Below are positions 1 to 9,046 of a stretch of 44,944 nt of DNA, one piece after another. The stretch's first letter is position 1. Every line of letters begins with the position of its first letter. Made by a program: the position numbers and the translations under genes. The stretch lies in assembly GCA_029210665.1 (NCBI GenBank), contig JARGFN010000001.1, forward strand, positions 1 to 44,944, written 5' to 3'. A model generated the notes under the pieces. The model saw only the letters and a list, made by a program, of their open reading frames with translations. It was not told the DNA's origin and ran no database searches. The DNA comes from Desulfobulbales bacterium (GTDB lineage Bacteria > Desulfobacterota > Desulfobulbia > Desulfobulbales > JAGXFP01).

Positions 1-3
1 CCC

Positions 4-52
4 ACAGGGCATAAGTTTCGTACGAGCAGACAAGCTGCTCAACTCAGCTTTA
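4..52 (+). repeat. Dispersed repeat family R2, copy 1 (may be cut by the window edge)
   Basis: Read directly: acagggcATAAGTTTCGTacgaGCAGACAAGCTGCTCAACTCAGCTTTA. Related copies lie at 29653-29699 (+) and 40242-40309 (-). It ends 48 nt before the trpS ATG. Confidence 0.6.
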
Positions 53-99
53 ATCCTTGAGCAATGGAGGGCGCGGGGCAACCCCGGCCATAACTTCGC

Positions 100-1065
100 A
101 TGAGAGTATTATCCGGCATCCAGCCATCCGGAAAACTGCATATCGGCAATTATTTCGGGATGATGCAACCCATGCTCGACAACATGGGCAAGAGCGATCT
201 TTTCGCCTTTGTCGTCGACCTCCATGCCCTTACCTCGGTTCATGACCGGGACCGTCTGGCCCGGGACACCTTCGGGGCCGCTGCCGACTTCCTTGCCCTG
301 GGCCTCGATCCCGACCAATGCACTTTCTGGGTCCAGAGCGATGTCCCCGAAGTAACCGAACTGACCTGGGTGCTATCCACCCTGACCCCGATGGGATTAC
401 TCGAACGCTGCCACTCCTACAAGGACAAGGTGGCCAAGGGGATCGACGCCAACCACGGCCTGTTTGCCTACCCGGTCCTGATGGCGGCCGACATTCTGCT
501 TTATCAGGCCGACATGGTGCCGGTCGGCAAGGATCAGAAGCAGCATATCGAGGTGGCCCGCGATATCGCCGGCAAGTTCAACCACACCTTCGGCGAAACC
601 TTCACCATTCCAGAGCCGGTGATCAGCAAGGAACTGGCCACCGTGCCCGGCCTGGACGGCCAGAAGATGTCAAAGTCATACGGCAATACAATCTCCATTT
701 TTCTGGATGAAAAGGAACTCAAGAAAAGAGTGATGGCCATCGTCACCGACGCCACCCCGGTCGAGGACCCCAAGGATCCCGACAGATGCAATCTTTTCAA
801 TATTTTCAAGTTGTTCGCGCCCGAAGACAGATTGCGGGAGGTTCACGGCCTTTACTTGAACGGCGGGGCCATGTACGGCAAGATCAAGCTGGAGCTGGTC
901 GATCTGATCTGGGAATACTTCAGAGCGGCCAGGGAGAAGCGGGACAGACTGGAGAACGACAAGGATTACGTAAGACAGATATTGGCCAGGGGCGCGACCA
1001 AGGCCCGCGAGCAGGCGTCCGTTACCCTTGAGCTGGTCAGAGAGCGGGTCGGTTTCAAGTACTGA
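100..1065 (+). CDS. trpS: Tryptophan--tRNA ligase
   Basis: 321-aa ORF with class I aaRS signatures: HIGH-type motif (SGKLHIGNYFG) and KMSKS (DGQKMSKSYGN). Length is typical of bacterial TrpRS. Confidence 0.95.
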   Translation: MRVLSGIQPSGKLHIGNYFGMMQPMLDNMGKSDLFAFVVDLHALTSVHDRDRLARDTFGAAADFLALGLDPDQCTFWVQSDVPEVTELTWVLSTLTPMGLLERCHSYKDKVAKGIDANHGLFAYPVLMAADILLYQADMVPVGKDQKQHIEVARDIAGKFNHTFGETFTIPEPVISKELATVPGLDGQKMSKSYGNTISIFLDEKELKKRVMAIVTDATPVEDPKDPDRCNLFNIFKLFAPEDRLREVHGLYLNGGAMYGKIKLELVDLIWEYFRAAREKRDRLENDKDYVRQILARGATKAREQASVTLELVRERVGFKY

Positions 1066-1098
1066 TGCGTTAAAAAATTCAAAGTGTGTTCCAGGGGC

Positions 1099-1127
1099 AA
1101 GGCGGATGATTGGCGATCCGCCTTTTG
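1099..1127 (+). terminator. Rho-independent terminator after trpS
   Basis: Stem AAGGCGGAT / ATCCGCCTT with an 8-nt loop, running into TTTTGC, 34 nt after the trpS stop. Confidence 0.6.
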
Positions 1128-1191
1128 CATGTCGTGGGATAGTTTATCGTTCCTTTTTAATCCCCTTAACCAATTTCGGAGAACCTGTGCA

Positions 1192-1626
1192 ATGGTAAAA
1201 ACCGATTCCGGCCCCGACCTAAATTGGGTCATCCTGTTCAGCTGCTGGCTGATAGTCACCGCTTCGACCTTGGGAAGTCTGTTTTTCAGCTCCGTCATGG
1301 GCTTTGCCCCCTGCGTGTTGTGCTGGTATCAGCGCATATTTTTATTCCCCCTGGTGATAGTTCTGGCCCTTGGTCTTTTTCCCTTCGATAAAAATGTCGT
1401 GAAATATGCCATGCCTTTGGCCATATTCGGGTTTTTAACCGCCGTCTATCACAACCTGTTGTATACCGGAATCATCCCTGAAAAAATCCAGCCGTGCAGT
1501 CAGGGCGTTTCATGTACGGAGGACTATATCAGTTTGTTCGGGTTTTTGACCATCCCCATGCTTTCCCTGCTTTCGTTTTCAACAATTATCGCCCTTTTAA
1601 TTATTCTGAAGAGGAGAATTTTCTAA
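1192..1626 (+). CDS. DsbB/BdbC-family disulfide bond formation membrane protein
   Basis: The ORF track starts at GTG 1084, but that start would read through the trpS terminator. ATG 1192 is preceded by GGAG. Multi-TM protein with CxxC (APCVLCWYQRI) and a second Cys pair (CSQGVSC), the layout I associate with BdbC-type DsbB. Confidence 0.75.
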   Translation: MVKTDSGPDLNWVILFSCWLIVTASTLGSLFFSSVMGFAPCVLCWYQRIFLFPLVIVLALGLFPFDKNVVKYAMPLAIFGFLTAVYHNLLYTGIIPEKIQPCSQGVSCTEDYISLFGFLTIPMLSLLSFSTIIALLIILKRRIF

Positions 1627-2289
1627 GTGAAATATATAATTTTTGGCTTCGCCTGCGTCGTTTTGTTCTTTATCTTTGTGTTGGCCAGTAGCTACTACAA
1701 GGGAAAACAGCTTGAAAAATACGGCTTCATGGCCAGGGAAAACGCCGAATTATTCGTAAAAGACCATTCCCCAACGCTGGGCAGCGCTGATGCGAAAGTC
1801 TATCTAGTTGAGTTTATGGACCCGGCATGTGAAACCTGTGCCGCTTTTTCCCCTTTGGTCAAGCGAATCATGGATGCCAACCCCGGTAAAATCAGACTTG
1901 TCCTGCGCTATGCCCCCTTTCATGACGGCGCCGATTATTTTGTCAAAATTCTCGAAGCGGCCAGAAAGCAGGGAAAGTACGAGAAGACTCTGGATATCAT
2001 GTATAAGTCGCAGCCATACTGGGCCAGTCACCACAATCCGCAACCCGAGAAGATCTGGCAATTTCTCCGCGAGTCGGGACTCGATCTGGAGCAGCTCAAG
2101 GAGGATATGAATGACCCGGCCATCGAGAAAATCATCGTCCAGGATCTTGCCGATGCCAAAACGCTTAATGTGCGAAAAACGCCGGGGTTCTTTGTCAACG
2201 GCCGACCTCTCCAAACCTTCGGCTACCAGCAATTGCAGGGTTTGATTTATTCTGAAATCAAGGCGAATTACTATCAGGATCAGGATTAG
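1627..2289 (+). CDS. DsbA-family thiol:disulfide oxidoreductase, membrane-anchored
   Basis: 220 aa with an N-terminal TM helix and a thioredoxin-type CxxC (FMDPACETCAAF). The GTG start abuts the upstream stop, which suggests translational coupling with the DsbB-like gene. Confidence 0.75.
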   Translation: MKYIIFGFACVVLFFIFVLASSYYKGKQLEKYGFMARENAELFVKDHSPTLGSADAKVYLVEFMDPACETCAAFSPLVKRIMDANPGKIRLVLRYAPFHDGADYFVKILEAARKQGKYEKTLDIMYKSQPYWASHHNPQPEKIWQFLRESGLDLEQLKEDMNDPAIEKIIVQDLADAKTLNVRKTPGFFVNGRPLQTFGYQQLQGLIYSEIKANYYQDQD

Positions 2290-2361
2290 CGAAATTCTTT
2301 TTAAGCACTAAGGGCGGGGTATAAATTTCAATAAACCAAATTATCGGAGCTACTGTTGCTT

Positions 2362-2868
2362 ATGAAAAAACTACCATTTATGTTTTTGTTTTTTGGCATG
2401 CTTTTGTTGATTACCGCCTGCGGCAAGGGGCCGCAAGTGGCGGAAGTCGGGAAGCAGGCCCCGGACTTTTCACTTGTCGACCTGGACGGCAAGCCCTGGA
2501 CCCTCTCGGACCTTAAGGGCCAGGTGGTTTTCGTTAATTTCTGGGCGACCTGGTGCCCGCCCTGCCGCGAAGAGATGCCGTCCATGCAAAAACTTTACAC
2601 AACCCTGCCCAAGGACAAGTTCAAAATGCTGGCAATCCTCAATAAGGACAAACCCGAAGTGGCGCGAACCTTTGCGGCGAAACGAGGACTTACCATGCCC
2701 ATTCTAAACGATCAGGACAACAAGGTCGGCCCGAAGTACGGCCTGACCGGACTGCCCGAGACCTTTATAATTGATAAAACCGGCGTACTGCGAAACAAGG
2801 TGGTCGGCCCGGCCCAATGGGACTCCCCCGCCGTTGAGCGGATGCTGCGCCATTACATTAATCAGTGA
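2362..2868 (+). CDS. TlpA/ResA-like thiol-disulfide oxidoreductase lipoprotein
   Basis: Lipobox (LLLITAC) and thioredoxin motif WATWCPPCREEMP. I prefer ATG 2362 over the TTG 2356 used by the ORF track. Confidence 0.8.
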   Translation: MKKLPFMFLFFGMLLLITACGKGPQVAEVGKQAPDFSLVDLDGKPWTLSDLKGQVVFVNFWATWCPPCREEMPSMQKLYTTLPKDKFKMLAILNKDKPEVARTFAAKRGLTMPILNDQDNKVGPKYGLTGLPETFIIDKTGVLRNKVVGPAQWDSPAVERMLRHYINQ

Positions 2869-2883
2869 TTAGCCGGCCAGAAA

Positions 2884-3711
2884 TTATTTTTTGGTGCTCG
2901 AACTATCGGCGGCGGCCAGACAAACCAGTTCTCCGACCGCATCCTGCCGGGCGACGGAAAGAGAAAATCCACGGTGCGCCCCGGCGGCAAGATCGTACTC
3001 CTGCAAATATCCCTCCACGGTGGTTCTGACCAGATCGTGGCTGTTATTGGTCTCGCTGACATGGGCCAGCACCACATGTTTAAGTCCGTTATGAATAAGC
3101 TCGACCAGGAAGCTGGCGGCGGCGGTGTTGGTCAAATGGCCCGATTTTGAGCGGATTCTCTGCTGGAGGGAGGGGGGATAGCCGCCGTTTTTGAGCATTT
3201 CTGGGTCGTGGTTGCACTCCAGGACCAGACCGTTGCACCCCCCCAGATGATGAGACATCAGATGGGAAATCGACCCGGTATCGGTACAGTAACCGACCGA
3301 GAACTCACCGTTACCGACCACGAATCCCAAGGTGTCAACGGCATCGTGGCAAACCGCGAAGGGATGAATCGTCAGCTGCCGATGGCTGAAAACCAGGCCG
3401 GCTTCAATGGGCCGCCATTCGAAAACCCCGGCCAGGGACTTGCCGGCCGCTTCCCGGGTCGCCTTGCTGACGTAAACCGGCAGGGAATAGCGCCGGGAAA
3501 GCACCTGGACCCCGCGGATATGGTCGCCATGCTCATGGGTGACGAGCAGGGCCGAAATCGTGGCAATATCGATCCCGATCGCGGCCAGCCGCCGTTCGAC
3601 CTCGACTCCGGAAAATCCGGCGTCGAGCAGAATCCGCGTTTCGCCCGCCTCGACAAAGGTCGCGTTGCCCCTGCTGCCACTGCCCAGAACGCAGAATCTC
3701 ATCTTCGGCAA
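2884..3711 (-). CDS. MBL-fold metallo-hydrolase
   Basis: 275 aa with the HxHxDH signature (LLVTHEHGDHIRG) and an N-terminal LGSGSRGNAT motif typical of the beta-lactamase fold family. Confidence 0.8.
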   Translation of the reverse strand: MPKMRFCVLGSGSRGNATFVEAGETRILLDAGFSGVEVERRLAAIGIDIATISALLVTHEHGDHIRGVQVLSRRYSLPVYVSKATREAAGKSLAGVFEWRPIEAGLVFSHRQLTIHPFAVCHDAVDTLGFVVGNGEFSVGYCTDTGSISHLMSHHLGGCNGLVLECNHDPEMLKNGGYPPSLQQRIRSKSGHLTNTAAASFLVELIHNGLKHVVLAHVSETNNSHDLVRTTVEGYLQEYDLAAGAHRGFSLSVARQDAVGELVCLAAADSSSTKK

Positions 3712-3743
3712 ATGTCCATTAGCTTAAGGAAGGTCGACAGATA

Positions 3744-3759
3744 CTGATATACCTGGATC
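3744..3759. repeat. 16-nt exact repeat CTGATATACCTGGATC (second copy at 36206-36221)
   Basis: Read directly. Both copies are intergenic. Confidence 0.5.
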
Positions 3760-3776
3760 GCATCAAGGCCCGGCGA

Positions 3777-4262
3777 TCATAATCCGGTATGGCCAAAGCC
3801 CCCATCCTGGCGGACGGTAACGTCGAGTTCCCCTACCTCCTCCACCTCGGCCGGGAGAACGGGGGCCACCACCAGCTGGGCGATCCGGTCATGCCGGTTG
3901 ATCGTAAACGGCTCGCCGCCGAGATTAATCAGCCCGACCATGATCTCGCCGCGATAGTCGGCATCAATGGTGCCAGGGGCGTTGACCACCGTGATTCCAT
4001 GCTTGATCGCCAGGCCGCTCCGCTGTCTGACCTGGATTTCATAACCCGCCGGGATGGCCACGGCAAAGCCGGTGGGCAGCATCCTGATCGCCCCGGCTTC
4101 CATGATCACCGGCTCCGGCACGGCGGCCCGCACATCCATGCCGGCCGCCAATTCCGAATGATAGACGGGCAGGGCCATGTCACCATCCTCCGCCGGCCGC
4201 AGCCGGCAGAATTTGACCTTCAGCCGTTGCCGGCATGCTGCGCCGCTCCCCTCCTCGACCAT
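3777..4262 (-). CDS. dut: dUTP diphosphatase
   Basis: dUTPase motifs AGMDVRA and GTIDADYRGEIMV. I chose the start at ATG 4262 (RBS AGGAG 7 nt upstream) over 4385, because 4385 would overlap the upstream M16 peptidase gene. Confidence 0.9.
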   Translation of the reverse strand: MVEEGSGAACRQRLKVKFCRLRPAEDGDMALPVYHSELAAGMDVRAAVPEPVIMEAGAIRMLPTGFAVAIPAGYEIQVRQRSGLAIKHGITVVNAPGTIDADYRGEIMVGLINLGGEPFTINRHDRIAQLVVAPVLPAEVEEVGELDVTVRQDGGFGHTGL

Positions 4263-4342
4263 ACCCCCACTCCTGATTTTATTTTGCCGCCAAGGACGGG
4301 ATGAGGCGCCCGGGTCCGGCCCATCTCCCCTCCCGAAACATT

Positions 4343-5590
4343 TCATGCGTTCATCAATTTTGCCGAAATCGGCCCGACGACACACATCGGCAGATGCTCT
4401 TCGGCAAAAAGCGCCCCGGCCAGCTCATTGATCCCCTCGCGCCTGACTCCGGCGATGGCATCGGTCAATTCTTCGATGGACAGATAGCGGCCGAATGAGA
4501 ATTCGTTCTTGGCCAGACTGACCATCCGCACTTCCATGTTCTCGGCGGCCAGATAGATCCCTCCCCTGGCATACTCGGCGGCCCCGGCCAGCTCGGCTTC
4601 GGTGATCCCCTCCAGGCGCAGTTTTGCAAGCTCCTTGTGGATCAGTTCCACCGCTTGCGTCCAGGAGCCGGGATCCACGCCAAGATAGATGCCGGTGTAG
4701 CCACTGTCGGAATTCGTCGAAAGATAGGAGAAAACCGAATAGGCAAGCCCCCTTTTCTCCCGGATTTCCTGAAAGAGCCGGGAACTCATATTACCGCCCA
4801 GAATACTGTTTAAAAGAAGATGCTTGTAGCGATCAGGCGAATCGACCGGCAGGCCGGTGGTTCCCATGACCGTGTGGGCCTGTTCGAGAGAACGCTCGAC
4901 TATTCGTCTGGCCCCGAAACTGTCCGGCTGGGGCGGGCGCCGTTCGGGCGGCCGTTCATCGGCCGGGGGGGCCATTTTGAAACGGTTCCGGCACAATTCG
5001 GCAAAACTCCGGTGATCGACATTACCGGCCGCCGCGATCACAATGCGCTCCGGTCGGTAATTGACGCGGACGAACTCGGTCAACCTTTTGCAATCCAGAG
5101 CGGAAACCACCTCGCCCCGGCCCAGAACGGGATTGGCGAGTCCGTGCCCCCGCCAGTACAGGGCGGAAAACATTTCGTGAACCAGATCGTCCGGAGTATC
5201 CTCGACCATGGCGATTTCCTGTAAAATCACCTGGCGCTCCCGGTCAATCTCCTCCGGGGCAAAGGCCGAGTTTAGAAAAAGATCGGCCAGCAGCTCGACC
5301 GCGGCACCCAGACGATCATCGATAACGGTAAGGTAGAAGCAGGTATGTTCAGCGGAGGTAAAAGCGTTGGACATGCCGCCCAGCATGTCCAACTCCTTGG
5401 CGATCTGTTGGGCACTCCGGAGCCGGGTACCCTTGAAAAACATATGCTCGACAAAATGGGCGGTGCCGTTATTGCAATCATCCTCGTCCCGCGACCCGAT
5501 CTCAACCCAGATTCCGATGGAAACCAGGCGGGAAGGCAGGCGCTCGGTGACGATTCTGAGCGAGTTGTCGAGAACGGTCTTTTTATACAT
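4343..5590 (-). CDS. M16 (pitrilysin/insulinase) family zinc peptidase
   Basis: 415 aa with the inverted zinc motif HxxEH (GTAHFVEHMFFKGT). Confidence 0.85.
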   Translation of the reverse strand: MYKKTVLDNSLRIVTERLPSRLVSIGIWVEIGSRDEDDCNNGTAHFVEHMFFKGTRLRSAQQIAKELDMLGGMSNAFTSAEHTCFYLTVIDDRLGAAVELLADLFLNSAFAPEEIDRERQVILQEIAMVEDTPDDLVHEMFSALYWRGHGLANPVLGRGEVVSALDCKRLTEFVRVNYRPERIVIAAAGNVDHRSFAELCRNRFKMAPPADERPPERRPPQPDSFGARRIVERSLEQAHTVMGTTGLPVDSPDRYKHLLLNSILGGNMSSRLFQEIREKRGLAYSVFSYLSTNSDSGYTGIYLGVDPGSWTQAVELIHKELAKLRLEGITEAELAGAAEYARGGIYLAAENMEVRMVSLAKNEFSFGRYLSIEELTDAIAGVRREGINELAGALFAEEHLPMCVVGPISAKLMNA

Positions 5591-5714
5591 GGTTAGGCCA
5601 GATTACGGCCTAAGCCGTTGTCAAAAAACAACATGGCCGTTTTAGACAGTTGGACGGCATAAGGAGTCGTACAGAAGAGCTGGACAAATTGGCCATGTTA
5701 TTCCTGAACGGCTC

Positions 5715-7796
5715 CTAATCTTCCAGAAGGGCTTTGCGACTGAGACGAATCTTGCCGCGCTGGTCGATATTCAACACCTTGACCTTGATGATATCACCTT
5801 CCTTGACCACATCGGTCACATTCTCGACCCGTTTGGTATCAAGCTCGGAGATATGGACCAGACCGTCGGTGCCGGGCATAATCTCGACAAAAGCGCCGAA
5901 ATCGACGACCTTCTGGACCTTGCCGGTATAAACCTTGCCGATCTCGGCCTCTTCGGTAATCGACTTGATCTTCTCGGTAACCTCGTCGCCGACCCTGCCG
6001 TCGGGCGCGAAAATGCTGACCTTGCCGGAATCCTCGACATCGATCTTGACGCCGTATTCGGCACTAAGCCCCTTGATGACCTTGCCGCCGGGGCCGATCA
6101 GGTCACGGATCTTGTCCGGATTGATCTGCAGGCTGAAGATCTTCGGGGCATGCGCGGGCAAATCCGCCCGATGGGTGCCGATACCCTCGCTCATCTTGCC
6201 GAGGATATGGAGACGACCTTCCCTGGCCTGGCCGAGGGCCCGGCTCATGATCTCCCTGGAGACCCCGGCGATCTTGATATCCATCTGCAGGGCGGTGATA
6301 CCCTCGTCGGTGCCGGTTACCTTGAAATCCATGTCGCCGAGATGGTCCTCGTCGCCAAGGATATCGGAGAGGACAATGACCTTGTCTTCTTCCTTAATCA
6401 AACCCATGGCCACTCCGGCCACCGGTTTTTTGATCGGCACCCCGGCATCCATCAGCGCCATGCTGCCGCCGCAGACGGTTGCCATCGACGAGGAACCATT
6501 CGATTCGGTAACCTCGGAAACGATCCGCAGGGTGTAGGGGAATCCCTCGCGATCGGGCAGCACCGCCTTGATGGCCCTGGTTGCCAAAGCGCCGTGGCCA
6601 ATGTCGCGCCGGCTGGGTCCGCGCAGAAAGCGGACTTCTCCAACACAATAAGGGGGAAAGTTGTAATGAAGCATGAAGGGATTAAAGTCCATCCCGTAGA
6701 GGGACTCGACCCGCTGCTCGTCTTCGCCACTGCCTAAAGTAGCGGTGACGATGGCCTGGGTTTCGCCGCGGGTGAAGAGGGCGGAACCGTGGACCATCGG
6801 CAGGGCGCCAACTTCGCAGGTGATCGGCCGGATTTCGTCCATCCGCCGCCCGTCGATCCGGGCATTGTCCTTGACGATCCGGTCGCGCATCATCTGCTTG
6901 TTCAGATCCTTGAAATAACCCTTGATCTCGGACTCGGACTCGGGAAACTCCTCGGCCAGGGCCGCAACCACCCGCGACTGCAATTCTTTCTGGGCCGCAC
7001 TGCGCGCGATTTTGTCGACGGTGGTGATCACCTGGACCATGTCGGCGGCGGCGACCTCGGCCACCCTCTTCCGCAACTCCTCGTTGACCGGTTTGAGCTC
7101 GACCGTCATTTTGGCCTTGCCGACCGCCTCGCGCATCTCCTCCTGAATCTTGAGAATCGGCTGCAGGTTCTCGTGGCCGAAGAAGATCCCGGCCAGGACC
7201 TCTTCCTCGGAAAGGCTGTCGGTGCCGCCCTCGACCATGACTACCGCCTCTTTGGAACCGGCGACGATCAGATCCATCCGGGAATCGGCAAGTTGATCCT
7301 TGGTCGGGTTTAAAATGTATTCGCCGTCGATGTAACCGACCCGGACCCCGGCTATCGGGCCTTGGAAGGGGATGTCCGAGATACCCAGGGCGCAGGAGGC
7401 GCCGATCATGGCCAGCATATCGGGATCGTTCAGTTTGTCGGCCGAAAGGACCGTGCCGATCACCTGGGTCTCGTTCTGGTACCCTTCGGCAAACAGGGGC
7501 CTGAGCGGCCGATCGATAAACCGGCAGGTCAGGGTCTCTTTTTCGGTCGGCCGGCCGATTTCACGTCTGAAGAAGCTGCCCGGGATGCGGCCCACGGAAT
7601 AAAAACGCTCCTGATACTCAACGGTCAGGGGCAGAAAATCAACATTCGGATTAGGTTCCTTGGCGGCGGTGGCGGTGACCAGCACCACGGTGTCGCCGTA
7701 GGTAACCACTACCGCGCCGCCGGCCTGCTTGGCGATCCGGCCGGTTTCAATGGCGAGGGTCCGCCCGCCTATTTCTACTTCCACTTTCTTATACAT
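5715..7796 (-). CDS. pnp: Polyribonucleotide nucleotidyltransferase (PNPase)
   Basis: 693 aa with two RNase PH-like halves, a KH region and a C-terminal S1 domain (GKVYTGKVQKVVDFGAFVEIMPGTDGLVHISEL). It sits downstream of rpsO, as is classical. Confidence 0.97.
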   Translation of the reverse strand: MYKKVEVEIGGRTLAIETGRIAKQAGGAVVVTYGDTVVLVTATAAKEPNPNVDFLPLTVEYQERFYSVGRIPGSFFRREIGRPTEKETLTCRFIDRPLRPLFAEGYQNETQVIGTVLSADKLNDPDMLAMIGASCALGISDIPFQGPIAGVRVGYIDGEYILNPTKDQLADSRMDLIVAGSKEAVVMVEGGTDSLSEEEVLAGIFFGHENLQPILKIQEEMREAVGKAKMTVELKPVNEELRKRVAEVAAADMVQVITTVDKIARSAAQKELQSRVVAALAEEFPESESEIKGYFKDLNKQMMRDRIVKDNARIDGRRMDEIRPITCEVGALPMVHGSALFTRGETQAIVTATLGSGEDEQRVESLYGMDFNPFMLHYNFPPYCVGEVRFLRGPSRRDIGHGALATRAIKAVLPDREGFPYTLRIVSEVTESNGSSSMATVCGGSMALMDAGVPIKKPVAGVAMGLIKEEDKVIVLSDILGDEDHLGDMDFKVTGTDEGITALQMDIKIAGVSREIMSRALGQAREGRLHILGKMSEGIGTHRADLPAHAPKIFSLQINPDKIRDLIGPGGKVIKGLSAEYGVKIDVEDSGKVSIFAPDGRVGDEVTEKIKSITEEAEIGKVYTGKVQKVVDFGAFVEIMPGTDGLVHISELDTKRVENVTDVVKEGDIIKVKVLNIDQRGKIRLSRKALLED

Positions 7797-7904
7797 TTAA
7801 TCTCCTTGACAGTTATTCACCGGAAATAGGGCACCACGCCCATGTTTCATTTTGACCAGACGACCCGATTGTCAACTGATCCCACAAGCCGGCGTCAACC
7901 GCGT

Positions 7905-8174
7905 TTACTTCCTTATGCCGAGCTCCTTGATCACAGCCCGATATCGCTCGATGTCCTTTTTTTTCAGATAATTGAGCAAGCTCTTGCGCTGGCCGACCAT
8001 CTTCAGGAGTCCCCGTCTGGAATGGTGGTCTTTTTTATGGCTCTTGAAGTGCTCGGTCAGATAGGTGATCCGGTTGGTGAGCAAGGCCACCTGGACCTCG
8101 GGCGAACCGGTATCTTTTTCATGTTTGCCGAATTTACCGACGATTTCTTTTTTGTTTTCTGCATTAAGTGTCAC
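7905..8174 (-). CDS. rpsO: 30S ribosomal protein S15
   Basis: 89 aa with the characteristic [26 protein letters not shown] segment. Confidence 0.95.
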   Translation of the reverse strand: MTLNAENKKEIVGKFGKHEKDTGSPEVQVALLTNRITYLTEHFKSHKKDHHSRRGLLKMVGQRKSLLNYLKKKDIERYRAVIKELGIRK

Positions 8175-8249
8175 GACTTGCTTCCTCCAAAAGGATTATT
8201 TATTCAGGAAATCATAGCCTCTTCAGCCATCGATTCCTACTTGCTGCAC

Positions 8250-9002
8250 TTAGTTGCTGGCTAACCGGGCCTGAAGCTCCGCGACGGTTAACCTGTTACC
8301 CAGAAGGGCCTCTCGGGCCCGGACCGGTTCGAGAAGTTCGGTTCCGGCAACCGCGCCCGCAACGGAGAAAAACCCGCTGCCCACCCGGCGCAAGGCGATC
8401 AGATGGGCTCCGCAACCGAGTTTCTCGCCAATATCGGCGGCCAGGGTCCGCACATAGGTGCCCTTGCCGCAAGCGACCCGGATAGTGATGCTGTCACGAC
8501 CGAGGGCCAGACATTCCAGGGCGGAAATCCGGATCAACCGGGGCTGCCGCTCCACTTCCATGCCCTTGCGGGCATAATGATAAAGCGGTTTGCCCTTATG
8601 CTTCAGGGCCGAATAAATAGGCGGCACCTGATACTGCTCGCCGATAAACCCGGCCAGACAAGCCTCGACCCGGGCCGGGGTAATATCGACGACCGGCCGC
8701 TCCGCCACCACCTCCCCTTCCGGGTCCTGGGTCGAAGTCTCTACCCCGAGCCGCATGGTGGCCTCATAGACCTTTTCCCCGTCCATCAACCGCGAGATCA
8801 ATCTGGTGGCCGGCCGGCCGCAACATATTATCAGAAGCCCGGTTGCAAAAGGGTCCAGGGTTCCGGCGTGCCCGGTCTTCTTGATAGCCAGGGCCCGCCT
8901 GACCAGCTGCACCATCCGGAACGACGAGGGTCCGGCCGGTTTGTCAACCGTAAAAATTCCCGATTCCATGGGGCCCGTTTTTTTCCGTTGTTCCGCCATC
9001 AA
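8250..9002 (-). CDS. truB: tRNA pseudouridine(55) synthase
   Basis: Catalytic-Asp motif GHAGTLDPFATG. The start could alternatively be Met-12 (8969). Confidence 0.9.
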   Translation of the reverse strand: MMAEQRKKTGPMESGIFTVDKPAGPSSFRMVQLVRRALAIKKTGHAGTLDPFATGLLIICCGRPATRLISRLMDGEKVYEATMRLGVETSTQDPEGEVVAERPVVDITPARVEACLAGFIGEQYQVPPIYSALKHKGKPLYHYARKGMEVERQPRLIRISALECLALGRDSITIRVACGKGTYVRTLAADIGEKLGCGAHLIALRRVGSGFFSVAGAVAGTELLEPVRAREALLGNRLTVAELQARLASN

Positions 9003-9046
9003 TAAAAATCAACGCTCCGCCCGGCGCCGAAGCGGAGACCACAATC

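Noticed and set aside
11-48. Reading repeat R2 as a sigma28 (FliA)-type promoter (TAAGTTT ... GCTGCTCA)
   Set aside because: The spacer is ~15 nt rather than the ~11 nt I recall for the consensus, the -10 match is poor, and copy 3 has a 22-nt insertion in the would-be spacer and is inverted relative to its neighbouring gene.
1084-1191. Upstream GTG start for the DsbB-like gene (ORF-track start)
   Set aside because: It would place the trpS terminator hairpin inside the coding region. The downstream ATG 1192 has an RBS and gives a protein starting at TM1.
4263-4385. Long N-terminal extension of dut
   Set aside because: It overlaps the 3' end of the M16 peptidase gene. The extension has no dUTPase similarity, and the internal ATG has a good AGGAG RBS.
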